Shown: piece after piece, positions 58,943 through 64,000 of the stretch
Position numbering within the stretch: the first letter of the stretch is position 1
Layout: every line of letters begins with the position of its first letter
NCBI GenBank assembly: GCA_030586555.1
Contig: JAURAC010000008.1
Location: 1 to 64,000, forward strand
Source: Candidatus Subterrananammoxibius californiae
Lineage (GTDB): Bacteria > Planctomycetota > Brocadiia > Brocadiales > Subterrananammoxibiaceae
Reading direction: 5' to 3'
DNA length: 64,000 bases
Notes under the pieces: generated by a model
What the model saw: the letters and a program-made list of their open reading frames with translations, nothing else
What the model was told of the DNA's origin: nothing
Databases searched by the model: none
Program-made: the position numbers and the translations under genes

Positions 58943-60538
58943 ATGTCTCTATCCAAAGTTAATGCAACGTCAGTTACACGGACAAAGAATAGGACGCCAG
59001 ATTCCGTTACGCCAAACAGCGGGATGTGCGCCGTGTGTTTAGATGGCTGTCCAGGCCTTTGCGAAATCGGCAGGTCGGCATTCAGGGGTGCTGAGGTTAT
59101 CTACCCACAGCCATTCGGCTTAATGACCTCTGCTGCGGAGAAGGATTACCCTGTGGACTTCTCTTACTTTAACATCATGGGTACAACGGTCGGCGCACAC
59201 GGCATAAAGGCAGACAGTGATTTGGCAATCTTTACAAACGTAAATCTCGAGACAAGGCTCGGCAGGGACAAGGGCATAAAGCTAAAACTACCCATTGTCA
59301 TTCCCGGTCTCGGCTCTACAAATGTGGCAAAGAACCATTGGGATGGACTTGCAGTCGGTTCAGCCATAACAGGCACAGGACTCACAATTGGCGAGAACGT
59401 TTGCGGTATGGACAGTAACTCGAAATTTAGTAACGGCAGGGTTACCCACTGTCCTGACCTTGAATATAGGGTTAAGACGTATAAGGAGTGGCAGCATGAC
59501 GGTTATGGAATGATAGTGTTACAGGCAAACGTCGAGGACTCAAGGCTCGGCGTGCTTGAATATGGCATAGAAACGCTCAAGGTGGATGCAGTGGAGTTAA
59601 AGTGGGGGCAGGGTGCAAAGGACATTGGCGGAGAGGTCAAGCTAAACAGTCTTGAGAGGGCAAAGTTACTTAAGAGCCGGGGATATATAGTGTTACCAGA
59701 CCCGGAAGACCCAACAGTCCAGGATGCATACAACAGGGGCGCATTCAAGGAATTTGAGAGACACTCAAGGGTAGGAATGGTGCCAGAGAAGACAAATGCA
59801 GCCATAGAGGAGTTCGCAAAGATTGTTGAAGGACTGAGGAAGAAGGGCGCAAAGTACGTCTTCCTCAAGACAGGGGCATACAGGCCGGCAGACCTTGCAA
59901 GGGCGGTACGACTATGTTCAGAGGCGAAGGTTGACGTTCTCACGGTAGATGGCGCAGGTGGAGGCACGGGGATGAGCCCCTGGAGAATGATGAACGAATG
60001 GGGCATACCCACAGTATATATCTCTGCAATGACATACAACTACGTGGATAAGCTCGCAAAGAAAGGCAAGCACGTGCCAGACATAATCCTTGCGGGTGGG
60101 CTTTCACTTGAAGACCATCTTTTTAAGGCATTCGCACTCGGAGCGCCGTATGTAAAGGCTGTAGGAATGGCAAGAGCAGCCGTATGCGCAGCTATGGTAG
60201 GAAAAACTATAGGGAATTTGGTAAATGACAACAAAATTCCAAAGTCCTTAGAGGAATTCGGCAAGACGGTGGACGAAGTATTTATCCTCTCTACGAAGGC
60301 AAAAAGGGAGTTCAGTGGCAATGGAAAGGTGCTGCCATCCGCAGGGCTTGGACTGTACACGTTCTATCAAAGGCTTGCTCAAGGCTTGAGGCAGATTATG
60401 GCAGGGGAGAGGAAGTTTACCCTTGAGCACATCACAAGGGACGATATTGTTTCCCTTACAAGAGAGGCGGCAGAGGTAACCGGCATCACCTACATAATGG
60501 ATGCGGATAAGGAACTGGCAGAAAAAATCCTGGGTTAG
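58943..60538 (+). CDS. FMN-binding glutamate synthase family protein (stand-alone)
   Basis: N-terminal CxxCxxxCxGxC, ELKWGQGAK, DGAGGGTG, LAGG. Confidence 0.85.
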   Translation: MSLSKVNATSVTRTKNRTPDSVTPNSGMCAVCLDGCPGLCEIGRSAFRGAEVIYPQPFGLMTSAAEKDYPVDFSYFNIMGTTVGAHGIKADSDLAIFTNVNLETRLGRDKGIKLKLPIVIPGLGSTNVAKNHWDGLAVGSAITGTGLTIGENVCGMDSNSKFSNGRVTHCPDLEYRVKTYKEWQHDGYGMIVLQANVEDSRLGVLEYGIETLKVDAVELKWGQGAKDIGGEVKLNSLERAKLLKSRGYIVLPDPEDPTVQDAYNRGAFKEFERHSRVGMVPEKTNAAIEEFAKIVEGLRKKGAKYVFLKTGAYRPADLARAVRLCSEAKVDVLTVDGAGGGTGMSPWRMMNEWGIPTVYISAMTYNYVDKLAKKGKHVPDIILAGGLSLEDHLFKAFALGAPYVKAVGMARAAVCAAMVGKTIGNLVNDNKIPKSLEEFGKTVDEVFILSTKAKREFSGNGKVLPSAGLGLYTFYQRLAQGLRQIMAGERKFTLEHITRDDIVSLTREAAEVTGITYIMDADKELAEKILG

Positions 60539-60588
60539 TCCATACAAAGGCTTAAGTATAACTAAATTTCAACAAATCCTGAGATATT

Positions 60589-60723
60589 ATGAAGTTAAAG
60601 AAACAGAAAGCAAGTACGGGCACACTCATCCTAGTGGTGGAGTTGCTTGCTTTTTATACATCAAGTTGTTTTTTGTCCTATTATTATCCCTTTAACTACT
60701 TTCCCGGAGGAGGGCGGTCTTAG
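60589..60723 (+). CDS. Putative Tyr/Phe-rich attenuator leader peptide
   Basis: MKLK...LAFYTSSCFLSYYYPFNYFPGGGRS*, 9 Phe/Tyr codons in the last 27; start may be a later GTG/TTG. Confidence 0.65.
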   Translation: MKLKKQKASTGTLILVVELLAFYTSSCFLSYYYPFNYFPGGGRS

Positions 60724-60755
60724 GGTTTATTGAAATTATTAGTTTTTGTATTTTC

Positions 60756-60793
60756 AAAGCCCTATCCGCCAGAGGCGGATAGGGCTTTTTTTT
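60756..60793 (+). terminator. Intrinsic terminator (attenuator) directly upstream of aroF
   Basis: gccctatccgcc-aga-ggcggatagggc followed by T8. Confidence 0.85.
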
Positions 60794-60807
60794 GAGGAGA
60801 CTTGGTT

Positions 60808-61827
60808 ATGATAATAGTAATGAGACCTGATGCGACAAAGGAGGAAGTTAAGCACGTAGTCAAAAAGGTCGAGGAGGTGGGGCTTAAGGCGGTCTTATTG
60901 GAAGGTACGGAGAGGAAGGTAGTAGCCGTAATAGGCGACGAACGTAAGATATCCTATGATATGTGGAACGTCACCCCAGGTGTAGAAAAAGCAGTTCCAA
61001 TCCTTGCGCCATACAAAATGGCAAGCCGTGAATTAAAGAATACTCCTACGGCGGTACCTTTAGATAAGGGGAGGGCAACTATCGGAGGGAAGAAGATAGG
61101 CGTAATTGCTGGCCCCTGCGCAGTTGAAAATAAGAAGCAGTTAATCAGTATTGCGAAGAAGGTCAAGGAGGCTGGCGCAGTTGCCTTACGCGGCGGCGCT
61201 TATAAGCCTCGCACAAATCCGTATAGTTTCCAGGGTTTAAGAGAAGAAGGTCTTGAGTACCTTGCTGAGGCAAGAGAAGCAACCGGACTACCCGTAGTAA
61301 CAGAGGTGCTCAGTCCCGAGCAGGTAGTACTTGTATGCAAGTACGCAGATATTTTACAAATAGGGACACGTAATATGGCAAACTTCCTGCTTCTTAAAGC
61401 TGTGGGTGAATGTAAAAAACCAGTTATACTCAAACGAGGCATGGCTGCCACCCTTGAAGAGTTCCTTCTTGCCGCAGAATATATACTTACACATGGCAAC
61501 CCGAATGTTATTCTTTGTGAGCGCGGTATAAGGACGTTCGAAGACCACACGCGCTTTACGCTCTCCCTGAGCGTAGTACCGAGATTGAAAGAATTGACGC
61601 ATTTACCAATTATAGTTGACCCAAGCCATGGAACAGGTAAAAGAAGCCTGGTAAATCCGATGTCAAAGGGCGCCATAGCGGTAGGCGCAGATGGGTTATT
61701 AATTGAAACACACAGCAACCCTGAGAAGTCTATGGTAGATGGACCCCAAACGATTTCGCTTGAGGAATTTGAGAGGCTCATGAAAGAGCTAAAACCCATC
61801 GCTGAGGCTGTGGGAAGGGAGATGTGA
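60808..61827 (+). CDS. aroF: DAHP synthase, type I-beta with N-terminal regulatory domain
   Basis: [37 protein letters not shown]. Confidence 0.93.
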   Translation: MIIVMRPDATKEEVKHVVKKVEEVGLKAVLLEGTERKVVAVIGDERKISYDMWNVTPGVEKAVPILAPYKMASRELKNTPTAVPLDKGRATIGGKKIGVIAGPCAVENKKQLISIAKKVKEAGAVALRGGAYKPRTNPYSFQGLREEGLEYLAEAREATGLPVVTEVLSPEQVVLVCKYADILQIGTRNMANFLLLKAVGECKKPVILKRGMAATLEEFLLAAEYILTHGNPNVILCERGIRTFEDHTRFTLSLSVVPRLKELTHLPIIVDPSHGTGKRSLVNPMSKGAIAVGADGLLIETHSNPEKSMVDGPQTISLEEFERLMKELKPIAEAVGREM

Positions 61828-61842
61828 ATCAGGTGATAGGTG

Positions 61843-62349
61843 ATGGGTAAGCTAAGAAGACAGGATAAGGAAATTACCGATAAGGCTGAAATAGAGGAAA
61901 TATTGGCACTGGCAAAGGTTGGCAGGTTGGGCACGTGCCTTGATAGCATACCCTACATCATTCCAGTAAATTTTGTGTACGATGGGGGCAAAATCTTTTT
62001 TCATAGCGCTCATGAGGGTAGAAAGGTAACCAATATCATAGCCAATCCTAACGTTTGTTTTGAGATTGATGAGGCTGGGGATGTAATCGCAAGAGAGCCA
62101 ATCTGCCGCTCTTCTACAACGTATCGAAGCATTATAGCATTTGGACAAGCAAGGCAAGTTTCCGAAACAAATGCAAAGTTATACGCCCTTCGCAAGATGG
62201 CTGAAAAGTATGCCCCTAACTTATCACATGACGCTATTACAGAAGCAACCATGAAGGCGACAACGGTCTTTGAAATTGAGATAAAGGATATCTCCGCCAA
62301 GAGAAGCCCTGTCAGACCAGGTCCTGTTACCGATGTGAGTAGAAAATAG
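61843..62349 (+). CDS. Pyridoxamine 5'-phosphate oxidase / NimA-like flavin-binding protein
   Basis: RRQDKEI, PYIIPVNF, FHSA.EG.K, NP.VCFE, YRSIIAFG. Confidence 0.85.
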   Translation: MGKLRRQDKEITDKAEIEEILALAKVGRLGTCLDSIPYIIPVNFVYDGGKIFFHSAHEGRKVTNIIANPNVCFEIDEAGDVIAREPICRSSTTYRSIIAFGQARQVSETNAKLYALRKMAEKYAPNLSHDAITEATMKATTVFEIEIKDISAKRSPVRPGPVTDVSRK

Positions 62350-62378
62350 TTTTTTGATACTCGAACCAAGGAGGAAAC

Positions 62379-63572
62379 GTGGAAATCATTGCATCCGAGC
62401 GTGTACAATCAATCGGCGCTTATGCCTTTGCTGAGGTTGATAAAGAGGTAGAAAAGCTAAAGGCAAAGGGGATTATCCCGATAGATTTTGGCGTTGGCGA
62501 CCCTACCGTGCCAACCCCTGAAATCGTGCGCAGGGCAACACAGGATGGCGTTGAAAAAAGGAAAAGCGCTGGCTATCCAAGCTATATCGGTGCTCCTGAA
62601 TACAGGGAGGCAATCAGCCGGTGGATGAAAAGAAGATTCGGGATAAAGATTGACCCCACTACGGAGATATGCTCTACCATCGGCTCAAAGGAGGCAGTCT
62701 TTAATTTTCACGAAGGATTCATTAACCCTGGCGATTATGTAATAATCCCCTCCCCTGGTTACCCACCTTATGCGAGGGGTACGCTCTTTGCCGAAGGCAA
62801 GCCATATTTTGTACCCCTTCTTAAAGAAAACACTTTCCTGCCAGACCTTGGCGCTATCCCTAAAGAAATATGTAAAAAGGCAAAGCTTATGTGGATTAAC
62901 TATCCCAATAGCCCCAGCGGCGTTACTGCCCCACTTGATTTTTTTAAAGAGGCTGTTGCCTTTGGGCAGAAGCACAATATAATAATTGCCTCCGATGAGG
63001 CGTATATTGATATATATTTTAACAAGCCCCCGCACAGCATCCTTGAGGTTACAAAGGAAGGGGTAGTTGCAATTTTTTCCATGTCCAAAAGAAGCGCTAT
63101 GACCTGTTACCGTATAGGCTGGGTTGCCGGGGATAAAAGGATTGTTGATATATTTAAGAAGGTAAAGACGAACATAGATTCTGGCACCGCCACATTCATA
63201 CAGGACGGCGCAATTGCAGCCCTCAATGATGAAACCCATGTTGCAGCCATGCGAAAGGAGTATAAAATAAAAAGGGATTCACTCGTTTACGCCTTAACAG
63301 GTATAGGACTTCCCGATTGCACACCTGAGGCAACCATTTATATATGGCAGAAGGTGCCAGAAGGAATGACCTCAGTCGAATTTGCAAAAAGGCTATTAGA
63401 CCCTGAAATTGCATTAGTTACAACGCCAGGCGCGTGGATAAGCGATAGGACAGATAATGGTTTGAATCCCGGTGAAGGTTACGTCCGTTTTGCACTTGTG
63501 CCGAGCATTGAGAAAACCAGGGAAGCTGCAGGTAGGCTAAGCAAGCTAAAGCCCCTCGGTGTGCTACCTTAG
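62379..63572 (+). CDS. PLP-dependent class I/II aminotransferase (LL-diaminopimelate aminotransferase-like)
   Basis: GVGDP, IGSKE, NYPNSP, DEAY, SMSK, RIGW. Confidence 0.85.
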   Translation: MEIIASERVQSIGAYAFAEVDKEVEKLKAKGIIPIDFGVGDPTVPTPEIVRRATQDGVEKRKSAGYPSYIGAPEYREAISRWMKRRFGIKIDPTTEICSTIGSKEAVFNFHEGFINPGDYVIIPSPGYPPYARGTLFAEGKPYFVPLLKENTFLPDLGAIPKEICKKAKLMWINYPNSPSGVTAPLDFFKEAVAFGQKHNIIIASDEAYIDIYFNKPPHSILEVTKEGVVAIFSMSKRSAMTCYRIGWVAGDKRIVDIFKKVKTNIDSGTATFIQDGAIAALNDETHVAAMRKEYKIKRDSLVYALTGIGLPDCTPEATIYIWQKVPEGMTSVEFAKRLLDPEIALVTTPGAWISDRTDNGLNPGEGYVRFALVPSIEKTREAAGRLSKLKPLGVLP

Positions 63573-63653
63573 CTTACCACCCTCTCATCTAAGCCTCCCC
63601 CAACGGGGGGAGGAAGGGGTGAAGGGGCGAACATATTGCCCACATGAGGAAAT

Positions 63654-63694
63654 AAAAAAGGCCCACTTAGCAAGTAACTGCTTGGGTGGGCCTT
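63654..63694 (-). terminator. Intrinsic terminator between convergent genes
   Basis: aaggcccac...gtgggcctt hairpin with a U-tract on the minus strand. Confidence 0.65.
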
Positions 63695-63727
63695 ATATAT
63701 TTTGTTGTAAACAAGCGAACCTGTTGC

Positions 63728-64000
63728 TTACTTTACGGCGAAATTTCTGACAACTTGAACCATGTTCTTTATCATGGTGCCTGACATCTTGCCCCTGTAA
63801 CTTGGGCAATGAGCCGAGCCTTCGTTTATGTGCTTATCAAGCTGGTCATCGGTCTTAGAGGCTTGCCATTTTGGGTCAGTAAAATCTGGAACGCCTAACT
63901 TCAAACCCTCTGCGCTTCCCTTACCGCCATTGCCATGACATGTCGAGCATGTCTCCTGCTGGGCAAAGACCATCCCTGTTCCAAAGATGGAATAAGGGCT
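63728..64000 (-). CDS. Small monoheme c-type cytochrome (5' end outside window)
   Basis: CSTCH haem motif, PDFTDP.WQ; signal-peptide-like residues run off the edge. Confidence 0.75.
   Translation of the reverse strand, partial: SPYSIFGTGMVFAQQETCSTCHGNGGKGSAEGLKLGVPDFTDPKWQASKTDDQLDKHINEGSAHCPSYRGKMSGTMIKNMVQVVRNFAVK

Noticed and set aside
274..63750. Many 60-250 aa ORFs antisense to or nested in called genes (e.g. 61200-61949, 59503-60039, 14569-15063, 21849-22340)
   Set aside because: Shadow ORFs opposite well-supported genes, with no motifs
1..64000. CRISPR array, rRNA, transposase, integrase or prophage genes
   Set aside because: No regularly spaced repeat-spacer run and no recognisable motifs; the repeats seen are dispersed palindromes

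Overview
Bacterial chromosomal segment, roughly 40% GC by eye. Gene style is compatible with an anaerobic Planctomycetota/Ca. Brocadiia-like organism, but this is inference only. In order it contains: a PAS-GGDEF diguanylate cyclase and a secreted repeat protein; a ~21 kb Wzx/Wzy-type surface-glycan locus with five paralogous AlkP-superfamily enzymes, a B12 radical SAM enzyme and a glycoside hydrolase-like protein lacking both catalytic glutamates; flgM behind a perfect sigma-28 promoter with a ~330 nt highly structured leader; tRNA-Arg(ACG) next to tadA; an integrase-less 2.6 kb island between a partial and a full tRNA-Ser(CGA), carrying a GIY-YIG nuclease and toxin-antitoxin modules; a lipoate/sulfur-relay cluster (membrane Hdr-like Fe-S protein, LbpA, LipS1/LipS2, lipoate ligase, DsrEFH) facing a second tusA-moeB-dsrEFH-tusA operon, with a stray integron cassette (textbook 59-bp attC) encoding a TIR-TPR protein between them; a Pho-box-preceded psiE-porin-pstSCAB-phoU region; a MoxR/DUF58/vWA cluster; an FMN glutamate-synthase-family gene; aroF with a Tyr/Phe-rich leader-peptide attenuator; and housekeeping genes. 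Several families of short palindromic repeats occur throughout, many in frame inside genes. No CRISPR, rRNA, transposase or integrase was seen. All calls were made by eye; no database searches were run.
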